From positions 3,554 to 67,553 of the IMG/VR virus record IMGVR_UViG_2541047850_000005: DNA of 64,000 nucleotides, one strand, 5' to 3'. A model generated the notes under the pieces. The model was not told the DNA's origin and searched no databases. It worked only from the letters and a program-made list of their open reading frames with translations. Each line of letters starts with the position of its first letter. Position 1 is the first letter of the stretch. This DNA comes from a virus. Its lineage: Duplodnaviria; Heunggongvirae; Uroviricota; Caudoviricetes. The position numbers and the translations under genes were made by a program. Shown one piece after another: positions 10,060 through 19,186 of the stretch.

Positions 10060-10079
10060 TACTGTTTATCTGTACAGTA
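10060..10079 (-). promoter_or_regulatory. LexA (SOS) box
   Basis: TACTGTTTATCTGTACAGTA = CTGT-N8-ACAG, 19-38 bp upstream of the UmuD'-like start. Confidence 0.65.
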
Positions 10080-10198
10080 TACATTAAAGAAGCACCTTTG
10101 GTGCATTAGAGAAATGCAAAACGATAATAGAGGCTAAATCGAGGTAGAAAACACATTGTTTAAGGCCACTAATTGTGGCCTTAATGGAGAGGGGATGC

Positions 10199-10762
10199 TT
10201 ATTGGCTATGGCTAAAAATCAAATTAGACACTTCATGTGGTTGTAGCTCGTCAAGATCCGGTGCCACAAAACCTTTTCCGAAAGACTTCACAAGTGATTC
10301 ACCAGCCGCATCATTGTCACCTATTACACGAAAGTCATACGGCAGCATTGCCAGTTGACGACGTAATCCTGCTGAGAAAGTCGAACCTAACAGCGCCCAC
10401 GAATTTCCGCCCGCGTTGTGCACTGCTGCACTTTTAAAAATCGACTCAGTTATCCATATCGGTCCATCTTTTAAAGGAAGATAGGTTCCCCATAGTAGCT
10501 GTCTGCCGTGCGCTCGTGTGAAATACCGGGCCATCTTCGGATTGCTGTGCTGCTTAGGAGCGCCTGGTCTGTATGTCTGATACCCGGCCAACATCCCATC
10601 AAACCTGTATAGAGGGAATGTAACAACTCCTTCGCTTTCATCGATCCACTGTCTATATGGGTGTATATCATGGCGGTAGTTACGAGTCAGCAAATGAGCT
10701 TCCAGCTTTCCAAATTTGGTCATAACTTCGCATCCCTCATAACACTTCCCATTTATCACCAT
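10199..10762 (-). CDS. Toprim-domain protein (primase-like), hypothetical
   Basis: WITESIF (conserved Glu) and VIGDNDAAG (DxD) resemble the DnaG-type Toprim fold; true start may be the internal MTKFGK. Confidence 0.4.
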   Translation of the reverse strand: MVINGKCYEGCEVMTKFGKLEAHLLTRNYRHDIHPYRQWIDESEGVVTFPLYRFDGMLAGYQTYRPGAPKQHSNPKMARYFTRAHGRQLLWGTYLPLKDGPIWITESIFKSAAVHNAGGNSWALLGSTFSAGLRRQLAMLPYDFRVIGDNDAAGESLVKSFGKGFVAPDLDELQPHEVSNLIFSHSQ

Positions 10763-11591
10763 ATTTCTCCATAGCTCTTAGCCAGTAAACATGGCCACTA
10801 GGCATAGTGATGTGAGGCTCGCCAAACTCTTCTCCATGCACATCAAAGATGTCCCCAACAGAGAATTGGGGGATTTCTGTGCCGTTTTCACCTATATGCG
10901 TAATTCGTATACGTTTCGGTTGAGATTCGCCCCCTTTGAGCGAGTTGTTCACGGCTCTTGCAATCTTCTCCCGCAATTGCTGCGTTCCGTGATACGAAAC
11001 CGCAATATCCCGCAACTCGTTCACCAGTTCTCGAATTTGGTGATCTTTAAGCTCATTATTTGGGTGATGGGCAACAACTCTGGTTAATTCACCCTTGTCT
11101 TTTGCTCTTACGTATGCAGCTCTTGTGCATTCGACCCATGTATTACCGCCTACATTAACTTCGTAGATTAGGCTGGACTTATCTGTTAATTCGGCACAAA
11201 TACGGGCCGTGGTCTGACAACTAGAGCATTCGCAGTGATCACGGAAACCGTGATCTACTGGCTTCGGTTTCACATCATCAACTTTTTCTACCCTATTGGA
11301 ATTTAAATACTTCGAAGCCTTGCTATGCCAATCGCTGGTTTTAGGATCTTGTCCATCCATCAAACGCCAGGCTTCAGCGATTAACTCATAACTAGTGACT
11401 GTAGCTTCCTGCGCATCACCAATAAGTCGTGTAATCTCTCTTTCAAGCCGACCGCCTAATTCCGTTTTAGTGCAATGTTCTGACCAATCGCCAGCCTCAA
11501 GAAGCGCGAGAATGTTTAAAATATCGTCCAATAGAACGGTAGTATTTTCGACTTCCTTCTGAAGCTCTCCGGCTGCTGATTTATGCGTCAT
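10737..11591 (-). CDS. hypothetical protein with Cys/His cluster (HCECSSCQ)
   Basis: ORF track, 284 aa; overlaps the downstream Toprim ORF by 26 nt, suggesting coupling. Confidence 0.4.
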   Translation of the reverse strand: MTHKSAAGELQKEVENTTVLLDDILNILALLEAGDWSEHCTKTELGGRLEREITRLIGDAQEATVTSYELIAEAWRLMDGQDPKTSDWHSKASKYLNSNRVEKVDDVKPKPVDHGFRDHCECSSCQTTARICAELTDKSSLIYEVNVGGNTWVECTRAAYVRAKDKGELTRVVAHHPNNELKDHQIRELVNELRDIAVSYHGTQQLREKIARAVNNSLKGGESQPKRIRITHIGENGTEIPQFSVGDIFDVHGEEFGEPHITMPSGHVYWLRAMEKYGDKWEVL

Positions 11592-11857
11592 TCGTCATCC
11601 TCATCCGACTCATCCTCATCACAGGTTGAGAGTAGTGGGTTAGTCATTCGTCCTACTTGAGTGGCGTAGCCACGCCGACAGAGATTGCGCAGCACACTGT
11701 ATATTTCGAACATCTCGGTTCGTTCCTCACCAACATCAAGCTCAGATGCTATAGCGTGGCATTCAGTCGCGAGAGCCGATATTTTCTGAAATAACTCTGC
11801 TTTATTCACTCTTCGACTCCTGCGGAGGTTCTGGTAGCGGCATCCAGTGTGTGACAT
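11588..11857 (-). CDS. hypothetical small protein with acidic C-terminus
   Basis: ORF track, 89 aa, ends …DEDESDEDDE; start uncertain. Confidence 0.3.
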   Translation of the reverse strand: MSHTGCRYQNLRRSRRVNKAELFQKISALATECHAIASELDVGEERTEMFEIYSVLRNLCRRGYATQVGRMTNPLLSTCDEDESDEDDE

Positions 11858-12413
11858 TGCTAATCAGACCATATTCATTCGTTTGAGGATGGTTGCCGTT
11901 ATCGTCTCCGTATTTAAGACTCTCCATAAAGCCATAATGCCTATCACCATTAACGCTCACAAAGCCGTAATAAGCAGGTATAACGCCGATCTCACACGTA
12001 ACCAGCAAAGGAAAACTAGTTCTCCAATTTAGCTCGCCGATTACAGGCATCTGCTCACTACAGCTTATCCAACCATCAGGAGTAACCGGATAGTTGCGCA
12101 TTGCGACCTTAAATGCCTCATAGAAGCAACCTTTCAGATTATTGAACTGACGCCCGTTCAGAGGGCCATGTTCTGTCAACATGTTGTGTAATTTCCATGC
12201 CGCGTCGTTAACTTCGTTGGATGATCTGGGAGGCAACTTGCAAGTTTGGCTTACAGGTTCTGCACTATCAGCTTCGCGCCGCTTCTGTAGCTCTGCTGCC
12301 ATCGCTCTCACGACTTCAACTGGTGCCCTTGCAGCAAACTCTATGTTGGTGATCAGCTCATTAAGATATTGCTCGCCTGGATACTGTTTCTTATCGGTTA
12401 TAGTAGTCATATC
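11802..12413 (-). CDS. hypothetical phage protein (DUF551-like C-terminus)
   Basis: ORF trimmed to MTTITDKK…; C-terminal …VTHWMPLPEPP resembles the DUF551 signature. Confidence 0.4.
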   Translation of the reverse strand, partial: DMTTITDKKQYPGEQYLNELITNIEFAARAPVEVVRAMAAELQKRREADSAEPVSQTCKLPPRSSNEVNDAAWKLHNMLTEHGPLNGRQFNNLKGCFYEAFKVAMRNYPVTPDGWISCSEQMPVIGELNWRTSFPLLVTCEIGVIPAYYGFVSVNGDRHYGFMESLKYGDDNGNHPQTNEYGLISNVTHWMPLPEPPQESKSE

Positions 12414-12849
12414 ACTCTCCTTTTCCCTGAAGCATGGCAGCGTGGCAGGCATCCTCTACGCCCTTAACTGCATCTGCGCAGTAGTTATAGCGATTGCATT
12501 CCACTAACTTCTGCTTGAGATTTTCAATTGCTTGCGCGACATCAGCCTGTATTACGGGAACGAGGGGAGCGGCGTATACTTCAATTGTCCCATTATCAAT
12601 AGGCCACTCCCCATCCTTGATGTAGTCACTTGTGCCGTCAACTTGCTGTTCTGCAATGTGGAATGCACCTATTGGTTTTGTCTCAAGTGAGGCCAGTGCA
12701 ATTCGTGCCAGTTTTAGATCTCGTTCGACCATCTCAATAACAACTTTGCAGTCCGCACCTTCTTTACTAACACGTCCTTTCAAGTCTTCCAGATAACTAA
12801 CGCTTTCGCGTGCATGGGAGATTAACTGTTCTTTGGTTAAGGTGGTCAT
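12412..12849 (-). CDS. hypothetical protein (145 aa)
   Basis: ORF track; stop/start overlap with neighbours. Confidence 0.45.
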   Translation of the reverse strand: MTTLTKEQLISHARESVSYLEDLKGRVSKEGADCKVVIEMVERDLKLARIALASLETKPIGAFHIAEQQVDGTSDYIKDGEWPIDNGTIEVYAAPLVPVIQADVAQAIENLKQKLVECNRYNYCADAVKGVEDACHAAMLQGKGE

Positions 12850-13034
12850 TAGGCAGCTCTCTCAACAACAAGCAATTCGTCGTAGTCATAATCAGTTTCG
12901 GAACCATCCGTACCGAACAGAGTCACTTTGTCATCTTCCATCCAAAAAGATTTAACCGCACATTGTTGACCTTTAGATGTTATGAGCACATCACCAGGGA
13001 TTACATCTTCAGCGCGAACTTCTAGTGTTCTCAT
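12849..13034 (-). CDS. hypothetical small protein (61 aa)
   Basis: ORF track; packed between coupled genes. Confidence 0.3.
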   Translation of the reverse strand: MRTLEVRAEDVIPGDVLITSKGQQCAVKSFWMEDDKVTLFGTDGSETDYDYDELLVVERAA

Positions 13035-13561
13035 CGTGCTGACCCCTCTTTGGTTAAAATGCCTGCTGCAATGCTGTTTATGATGCTGTCAGTGCATGGA
13101 GTAGAAAGCTGGGCATCTCCAGCAATTTTCATGACCTCAACATCCGCATATCGAATACCGAGGTGTATCAGACCGGCTATACCTGACTTAAGTCGAACAT
13201 TTTCCATAAACAGATCTTTTTCCCGCTGTTTAGCGGCTTCCAACTCCATCGACAATTTTTCCAACTGCTCTTTATGCTTCTTGTATTCCTGATACGCGTG
13301 CCAAGACTGACCTTTGCGCACACTATCAGTGATATCAGCAACCTGCTCCGGTGTTAGCGTGGTCAGTGGCTGTGCTGGAAAAATCATCACCTTCCCGGCA
13401 TCCCAATCAAAACCCGCCTGAATTGACTGAACCTCAACTGATGGTGTTGAACCGATGCGACCAGGCGAATGAACAACGATCGTTACATCCATATCGCGAC
13501 GATGGCTGTGGTTGTTGGACAAAATACGATTCACCAACTCAGAAAATTTGGAAAATTTCAT
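13031..13561 (-). CDS. hypothetical protein
   Basis: ORF 13031..13690 trimmed to MKFSKFS… which overlaps the upstream stop by 4 nt. Confidence 0.4.
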   Translation of the reverse strand: MKFSKFSELVNRILSNNHSHRRDMDVTIVVHSPGRIGSTPSVEVQSIQAGFDWDAGKVMIFPAQPLTTLTPEQVADITDSVRKGQSWHAYQEYKKHKEQLEKLSMELEAAKQREKDLFMENVRLKSGIAGLIHLGIRYADVEVMKIAGDAQLSTPCTDSIINSIAAGILTKEGSAR

Positions 13562-13881
13562 GCTGATCCCTCTTTTTCTCCCCGGATAATTCTGTTGCAC
13601 ACATCCACACACTCGTCGCAGATGAAAACGGCGTCCCCAGCAATTAACTTTTTGACGGCGTACTGGGATTTGTTGCAGAAGCTGCAACAAAGTGTTCGCC
13701 TGACTGATAAGGATGGAGCGCCAGATGTCAGCCGCTCCATATCGTTCTTGCGACGCAATATCACACGGCTGAACTCAACCAGTTTCTCCGGGGATATCTC
13801 CTCCTCCGTAGCAAGCGCCTCTAATCGTTCGAGTATGTGGAAGGCTTTTTTCTGGGTAATTGCAGAATGCGATGTGGTCAT
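13558..13881 (-). CDS. stand-alone ClpX-type zinc-binding domain (C4 zinc finger) protein
   Basis: …[36 protein letters not shown]… matches the ClpX N-terminal ZBD ([36 protein letters not shown]); no AAA+ module follows; start taken at MTTSHS after an AAGGAG SD. Confidence 0.6.
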   Translation of the reverse strand: MTTSHSAITQKKAFHILERLEALATEEEISPEKLVEFSRVILRRKNDMERLTSGAPSLSVRRTLCCSFCNKSQYAVKKLIAGDAVFICDECVDVCNRIIRGEKEGSA

Positions 13882-13882
13882 C

Positions 13883-14413
13883 TCACTCTCCTTTGATGCG
13901 AATGCCAGCGGCGCGGGAATCATTCCATCGCTTTACTTCTTCACGAATTACGTCAATGCATTCTTTCGAATCCATTAGGTAATCTTCATCAAAAAGACGT
14001 TCCTGTTCGTTTTCTATCGCAACAATGATTGCTTCAACTAACTTTTGTGCCTGAGAATCACTTTCTAACTCTGCTATGCGCTTACTTCCATCCGAGATAA
14101 CGCCCTCGTAATACTCACGCTGCTCGTTGAGTTTTGATTTTGCCAACTCCAGTTGTTTTGTTAGTTCCGCAATACGGCAAACATCGTTGATACGCGTTTC
14201 CTCTAATGCGTTGATCTCATCCAGTAGTGCCAGCACGGTTTCTGGTCCGGCCAGAAATTTGAAGGCGTTGAGGGCATCAATATCAACACCGCTATCTTTA
14301 AGTTCCTGTTCACTTAACAAGTCATCATCAGCTGGCAACATTAACAGGCGTTCCATTGCTGGAATTGCACGTTCCGCCACCTCACGCAGTGCCTGGTAAT
14401 TAATTTCGCTCAC
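13883..14413 (-). CDS. hypothetical protein (coiled-coil-like, 176 aa)
   Basis: ORF track. Confidence 0.45.
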   Translation of the reverse strand: MSEINYQALREVAERAIPAMERLLMLPADDDLLSEQELKDSGVDIDALNAFKFLAGPETVLALLDEINALEETRINDVCRIAELTKQLELAKSKLNEQREYYEGVISDGSKRIAELESDSQAQKLVEAIIVAIENEQERLFDEDYLMDSKECIDVIREEVKRWNDSRAAGIRIKGE

Positions 14414-14654
14414 TGGCTGCCTCCTGCTTTTCTGCCTTCAACACCATGCGAGAACCATCATCCAGCTCCCACACTATCTCACCACCTTCAGCCATGACCA
14501 GTTGCCACACCAATTGAGCAGCCTCATTGGTAACATCACGACCTGGATCATTGCCAACGCGCATACGTCCACCTTCAACATCGCGCATTTTTGCCAGCAT
14601 GATAGTTTTTGATAGCGGTGAAAAACCAAGCTGTAGTCGTGCTGAATTACTCAC
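14400..14654 (-). CDS. hypothetical protein (84 aa)
   Basis: ORF track. Confidence 0.35.
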   Translation of the reverse strand: MSNSARLQLGFSPLSKTIMLAKMRDVEGGRMRVGNDPGRDVTNEAAQLVWQLVMAEGGEIVWELDDGSRMVLKAEKQEAASERN

Positions 14655-15157
14655 TGGTTGCCTCCTTTGCGAAGCTGGTCGGCGAACAAACGTACACCAG
14701 ACGCTTCACTGCGTAGAAACTTAACGGCATCATCAAAACCACCTCGTTCTGCGTCGTCTGCTCCGTTGTCGAGGTTATCTGCGTACATCTCTACCCCCTG
14801 CGCCCGTACTTCAGCCAGAAAAGCATCGGTGGCTGGAGTCTCCGTTAATTCGCTAACCCAATTATCTCCGTGTTCCTCGGCACGCATCGCATCGAATGCT
14901 CGCTCAGATTCTTTCAGGGCTGCATTCTCCGCCGCTAATGCGTCTCTCTGCGCCCGCAACTTCTCAATTTCGGCAGCCATGTAGTAACCAACCATAGCGA
15001 AGACGGCAAAAGAGTTGTCTGCCTCATCAGGCGACACTGAGGCCATTAGCAGACCATCGTAATAATCGTGACTCCCATTGGTGATCGCCACCGCATAGGA
15101 GTCGTGGTTCTCACGCTTGTGAATGAGAACTACGGGGTTTTCGATTTTGTTACTCAT
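14651..15157 (-). CDS. hypothetical protein (168 aa)
   Basis: ORF track; conserved AAGGAAAAACAC-ATG initiation context; motif-1 copy at 15227-15248. Confidence 0.45.
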   Translation of the reverse strand: MSNKIENPVVLIHKRENHDSYAVAITNGSHDYYDGLLMASVSPDEADNSFAVFAMVGYYMAAEIEKLRAQRDALAAENAALKESERAFDAMRAEEHGDNWVSELTETPATDAFLAEVRAQGVEMYADNLDNGADDAERGGFDDAVKFLRSEASGVRLFADQLRKGGNQ

Positions 15158-15295
15158 GTGTTTTTCTCTTCTTTGCTGTTACATAAGCACTACCAAGTGC
15201 TGGTTTATTTTCACAAATAAGAAAATGTAGAAAACAATTTATTTAAGGCCACAACTTATGGCCTTTATTTATTCATGCCGAAGGATTTGTAGCGT

Positions 15296-15676
15296 CTAAT
15301 TGCCGTATAAAATGGGGTGAGGTGCTTGCCAGTAGGCTCCACCGGTCCATGTGAACCCCATGCGAATAAGAGTGTTTATTGCGGCTTTGGTAGACTCCGA
15401 TTCGACACTGGCTTTACGAAACTCTTGAACCTCTTTCGCCAACCTGTATGTAATTGTGCAGGGGACGATTGCAGCCCAGCCTTTCTCATGACTGTTAATG
15501 ACCATCTGGATGTGACCATCCAGAATAGGTTGATTAGACATGTTATTGAAAATGTCTGCCTGTTTTTGAATGTGAAGAAAAAGCCTTGCCAGCTCCATTT
15601 GCTCACTACGAGACAAGGGATTATCAAGAGGGCTTTTTGCAAAAGCGGCTATACGCTGTGCGTCAATGCCAAACAT
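15296..15676 (-). CDS. hypothetical protein (126 aa)
   Basis: ORF track. Confidence 0.4.
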   Translation of the reverse strand: MFGIDAQRIAAFAKSPLDNPLSRSEQMELARLFLHIQKQADIFNNMSNQPILDGHIQMVINSHEKGWAAIVPCTITYRLAKEVQEFRKASVESESTKAAINTLIRMGFTWTGGAYWQAPHPILYGN

Positions 15677-16380
15677 CAGCGCACCTCACCATCTTTATGG
15701 CTGGAGTTAACTTCCGCCATTAAATGTCTGACGTAATCGACAAGAGAGCCACCTGGTGGAATCTGGCATTCCTCAACTAACTGGAAGTAGATATCCGCAG
15801 CATTACGTGTATTGCTACCCGCGCATATTCTTTCTTCCCGAAGTGCATGAAGCTCGTTGATCAAACGGTCACACTCTCCGTTACGCTGATCCACAACAGC
15901 CTCAAGTTCTGCGACGCGTTCACCTGGCGTCTTACCTTCTTCGCGTTGGATGGTAACGACGAAATCGCCAATTGCAGGGACGTTGTAATCCAGCTCAAGG
16001 TAGTTTTTGGCACCGCTGCGGACGAACTCACCCGCGAACATGGTGGCGAACATCTCAGAGGCCATTGTGCTGTTGAAAAGTGACTCCAGATCTAACGGAG
16101 TCCCGGCAGCCAGAGCCTCTTTTGCTGTATCCATTGCATCCATGAACCGATCAAACTCATTAGCGCGCTTTTCCAGGTCTTTCCATTGCTCGCTCCAACG
16201 TTTGGCAATGAAGTCTATGAATGTTTTCGCGGATTCATCAAAATCCCCCTCAAACTTAACGATGCCTTTATCAATAATGATCTGGCCTACCGCATCCTCT
16301 GCATAACCTTTCAATGTAAACTTGAAAGGAAAATCAGAATGGCCTGTGACGTTAAAATGCTCTAACTGGAGGTTGTTCAT
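15676..16380 (-). CDS. hypothetical protein (234 aa)
   Basis: ORF track; motif-2 palindrome at 16423-16443 upstream. Confidence 0.45.
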   Translation of the reverse strand: MNNLQLEHFNVTGHSDFPFKFTLKGYAEDAVGQIIIDKGIVKFEGDFDESAKTFIDFIAKRWSEQWKDLEKRANEFDRFMDAMDTAKEALAAGTPLDLESLFNSTMASEMFATMFAGEFVRSGAKNYLELDYNVPAIGDFVVTIQREEGKTPGERVAELEAVVDQRNGECDRLINELHALREERICAGSNTRNAADIYFQLVEECQIPPGGSLVDYVRHLMAEVNSSHKDGEVR

Positions 16381-16441
16381 ATGTTTTTCTCTTATCGTTT
16401 AGTTATTACATTCTTACACAAATTAAGTAAGTATTTACCTA

Positions 16442-18127
16442 TCATTTAACGCGTTTGAAAACGTATACGCTGACTGTGATCCCTGTGTCTTCAAACTCGT
16501 TGGTAAACGACTTCCCTCTGGCATAAACGTAATTATCCATCGTCATCCAGTCCAGTATTGGCGCAGTGCCCGGCAATACTGCTACAAGACGCCCGCCGAC
16601 TTTCAGATGCCCCAGCGCAGCCAGCGTGTGCTCTCTATGACGACCAAGCGAGTACGGCGGGTTCATAACGATTTTGTCGAACTGATAACCTGCGTTGTCC
16701 TCAGACCACTTTATGAAGTCGCAGCAAATCGTGTTCGTATACCCTTTTCCACGCAGGATATCAGCGAAGAGAGGTGCGATTTCTATACAGGTAACATCTT
16801 CCAGATCGGCGTTAATATAGGCCAGAAGATCCCCACGTCCGGCTTGAGGCTCCAGCAGCTTCTCACCAGGCTTCAATTCAGTGGCTCTGGCAACGTACTC
16901 AGCAATCAAGCGTGGGGTAGGGTAGAACTGGTGTGATTTTGTATCCGGTATTAAACCGGTAGCCACAATCGTATTTAGCGTATGGCCGATCTCATACTGG
17001 AACTGCCAGTGCTTTTTCTCCTGCACGCCGCCAATGAAGCTCAGTGTGCGCTCAAGCTCTTCCACCTGCGACTTCTGGAGAGCTGAATCAGAGAAGTACC
17101 ATACGCCTTTGTCTTTGCTCAATCGCCCGTCACGAAGCGCAGTGCGAACCGGCACGGAGATCGTCTTCTGGATTAACCCGAACTGCTTTGGTGCCCGTGT
17201 TTTTGGCGCAGTTCGGCATGGCGCGGGGATTGCAGCAGGCATACTGTAAGCCAGCACCTCATTCAACTTCCAGGCCACGTCAGGATGTATTTCAAAGTGA
17301 ACGTTGCCGTTCTTGAACATCTTCACGCGCATCAGATTTCCATCGACGTTCATCCAGTCACCGGTCTGGCAGTCGTTTGCCCTATACGCAGCTGATAGCA
17401 CCTCAGCAGTGCGGTTGATGGTAATAAATTCTTTGTGCGCGAAGAAATGAAGCAAGACACGCAGATCGTCGATGTAGTCCTCTTTGCGATAGTTCACGCT
17501 AACGCTGTCCCGCCAGAAATCAGAAATGCAGTCAGCGATTATCAGCCGCTCGCTGAAACCGTTTGTCTTATTTGTCTTGTGCGCAGGACTCAGCGCCTTA
17601 AACAAGCCATACACGCGCTCAGAGAGATATTTGTGCCTGTCATTCAGCAAATTAAGCATCGTGGGTATGACCGTTTCTGCTTTGAACTCCGGTACACCAA
17701 CGAACTCTTTAACCTTCATCTGATAGCCGGTTCTGTCAGTTTTGATGACTTCCTGCTTGCCCTCGATAAATTGCTCACGCCACTCGTCGCGACGGGAAGC
17801 TGGCATGATCAGCAGAACGTTAGTCATATCCGTGACCTTCCTCCAGTACTCGGCCCAAATATTCTGTTTCACCCATTCCAGATCGACGTTATCCAGCCAG
17901 ACTCGATTCAAACGTGAGCGATCTTCATCTGGTCGGTGGTTTAGTCGAAGCAGGCGATTAATCATGTTGTGGCGTTCATCGCCATAAACGAAGTCGTGTA
18001 CCTGATACATGAAGGAGATCTCTTTCTCGCACTCGGCCACAATTTCGTGGATGACGTTCATTTCCTGTCGATAGTCGATAGCAGTGTTTGAGCTGGCATC
18101 GTCCATGATGGAAAGAGCTGTATTCAT
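16442..18127 (-). CDS. N6-adenine DNA methyltransferase fused to a large N-terminal domain of unknown function
   Basis: C-terminal third has motif I-like LEPQAGRGDL and motif IV MNPPYS; about 380 N-terminal residues have no recognisable family. Confidence 0.6.
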   Translation of the reverse strand: MNTALSIMDDASSNTAIDYRQEMNVIHEIVAECEKEISFMYQVHDFVYGDERHNMINRLLRLNHRPDEDRSRLNRVWLDNVDLEWVKQNIWAEYWRKVTDMTNVLLIMPASRRDEWREQFIEGKQEVIKTDRTGYQMKVKEFVGVPEFKAETVIPTMLNLLNDRHKYLSERVYGLFKALSPAHKTNKTNGFSERLIIADCISDFWRDSVSVNYRKEDYIDDLRVLLHFFAHKEFITINRTAEVLSAAYRANDCQTGDWMNVDGNLMRVKMFKNGNVHFEIHPDVAWKLNEVLAYSMPAAIPAPCRTAPKTRAPKQFGLIQKTISVPVRTALRDGRLSKDKGVWYFSDSALQKSQVEELERTLSFIGGVQEKKHWQFQYEIGHTLNTIVATGLIPDTKSHQFYPTPRLIAEYVARATELKPGEKLLEPQAGRGDLLAYINADLEDVTCIEIAPLFADILRGKGYTNTICCDFIKWSEDNAGYQFDKIVMNPPYSLGRHREHTLAALGHLKVGGRLVAVLPGTAPILDWMTMDNYVYARGKSFTNEFEDTGITVSVYVFKRVK

Positions 18128-18230
18128 AATTGCACCATTAAGAAATGATTTGTTTAATGATGCAATTATTTCAAAAATAAAAAGGTGCTAAATAGAAATT
18201 AACAGGCAATACTTAAAATAAAGGCATTGA

Positions 18231-18905
18231 CTAATCATACTTGGATGTATTTATAACCAGGACTTTATTTGTATATAGTTTTTTTACATCCCATGTAACA
18301 TTACTTGAATACCATTCACCATTATATATTTGGTTTCCCGTTGCGCCTGTCATTGTTACGTATACAGGTCTGTCGTAAGGTGTTCGTCTATAGTTATATA
18401 CTCCAACCATTGCAGGCATTATCGCACACGGGTATCCCATATTTATGGTAAATTGAGGATTTGTAATAGTGATAATCTCTGCATCAAGGGGCATCATCTC
18501 ACCGTGATATACCATTTTACCTGCGCTATTATACATGGCAATACCATATCCTGAATGTGGTAACACCATATCAGAAAAAGCATAAACTGTTATCGTTCCG
18601 GGGTTTCCTCCAACCTGATTCAGTCTGAGAACATTATACCCATCTCTAAATTCATGAACGAACATCATATTCGCCTTATTACTGCTTTTTATAAAGAAAA
18701 AACATGATTTGTTCGACGGTATTGAAGTCTTAAAAACAGAACCTTTAGACGTGGACATTGTCCCCCTATTAATCAAATTTTGCGGTGTAAATTCTGGACT
18801 CATCCACACATTACCATTTGACTGAGTAATTGACATCCCGAACATTATTGTTATCCCCAATATGTATATATATAAGATCCAAGTCCCTTGTATAAATTTG
18901 ACCAA
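18231..18905 (-). CDS. hypothetical membrane-anchored/secreted protein in AT-rich island
   Basis: N-terminal hydrophobic segment WILYIYILGITIMFG; strongly AT-rich codons unlike neighbours. Confidence 0.4.
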   Translation of the reverse strand: MVKFIQGTWILYIYILGITIMFGMSITQSNGNVWMSPEFTPQNLINRGTMSTSKGSVFKTSIPSNKSCFFFIKSSNKANMMFVHEFRDGYNVLRLNQVGGNPGTITVYAFSDMVLPHSGYGIAMYNSAGKMVYHGEMMPLDAEIITITNPQFTINMGYPCAIMPAMVGVYNYRRTPYDRPVYVTMTGATGNQIYNGEWYSSNVTWDVKKLYTNKVLVINTSKYD

Positions 18906-19132
18906 CTTACTGTATTGCCGTTAATAGTGATAGTTGGTGTAGGTATATTTACATGGTTATCGTTATTTAAAGGCATCAATGAGCACACAGCATGTAATGA
19001 TTTGCCAGGTGGTGGATTTGGGTAAGTCTTAGAGCCTGACGTGGTTGTAAATCGATCAAGAAAAAAAATAGGAGTAAGGAAGCCGGTAACGTTAACTCCC
19101 TTATTATTGTAGATCCCTGTACCGTATGCCAT
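18851..19132 (-). CDS. hypothetical protein in AT-rich island
   Basis: ORF track, 93 aa; overlaps the next ORF in another frame, so boundaries uncertain. Confidence 0.3.
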   Translation of the reverse strand: MAYGTGIYNNKGVNVTGFLTPIFFLDRFTTTSGSKTYPNPPPGKSLHAVCSLMPLNNDNHVNIPTPTITINGNTVSWSNLYKGLGSYIYTYWG

Positions 19133-19186
19133 TTTTCATCCTTGTTTTTATCAACATAATATGGCCGATCATGCGGCCATATCAGA

